35,035 bases of DNA, from the sequence record NC_034628.1; one strand, given 5' to 3'. The notes under the pieces are model-generated. The model was not told the DNA's origin. It did no database searches and worked only from the letters and a program-made list of their open reading frames with translations. The position numbers and the translations under genes are program-made. The number at the start of each line of letters is the position of its first letter. Position 1 is the stretch's first letter. This document shows, piece after piece, positions 34,788-35,035 of the stretch.

Positions 34788-35035
34788 TTTTCTCCTCATT
34801 ATATCATTTGCAAAAACACATATTTAAATTTTTCTCTCTCTTTTTACATCTCTATCTTTTTAATTCTCTCCATCAACTCTCTACAAAGAGAACGTGTAAG
34901 TTCTGTCTCTCCAATTTATTTCAATACTGCAGAGATAAATTGTTTCCTAACGGTGAAATCGCGTAAAAATATCTATTTCAAACCTGACTCTAAATTATTA
35001 ATTAATAACTACTAACTATACAACTATATAACTAT
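34788..35035. repeat. Right inverted terminal repeat (truncated in this assembly)
   Basis: Reverse complement of 1304-1550 and of 1054-1300; the outer ~1 kb seen at the left end is missing. Confidence 0.9.

Noticed and set aside
1-35035. tRNA, rRNA, integrase, transposase or DNA polymerase genes
   Set aside because: No cloverleaf-like GC-rich segments or catalytic motifs seen; consistent with a lytic rudivirus that uses host polymerase.

Overview
Near-complete linear genome of a rudivirus (Sulfolobus islandicus rod-shaped virus type; very AT-rich, roughly a quarter G+C by eye). Recognisable core: major capsid protein, pyramid-forming egress protein PVAP, HUH Rep, ssDNA-binding/AAA+ ATPase/Cas4-like nuclease cluster, Holliday junction resolvase, SvtR-like and other RHH regulators, ~1060-aa terminal-fibre protein, three glycosyltransferases, SAM methyltransferase, GNAT acetyltransferase, APC transporter, TGT-like protein, an AcrIIIB1 homologue and a Gp1-like HTH protein. 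Gene order and size suggest the North American (Yellowstone-type) lineage; this is from memory and unverified. The assembly has an NNN gap at 1301-1303 with a 246-bp duplication, and the right ITR is truncated. Best leads: a solitary CRISPR-repeat-like sequence in the left terminal region (935-958, 18/20 match to the 3' part of the Sulfolobus repeat; possible RNA anti-CRISPR); a stand-alone RNA-ligase-like gene inserted among structural genes; a GT-GT-transporter-TGT/DpdA-like run that could modify nucleic acid; a dUTPase deletion scar; one ITR promoter driving two unrelated genes; and a palindromic operator upstream of structural genes. All family assignments come from motif reading and recalled sequences, not database searches.
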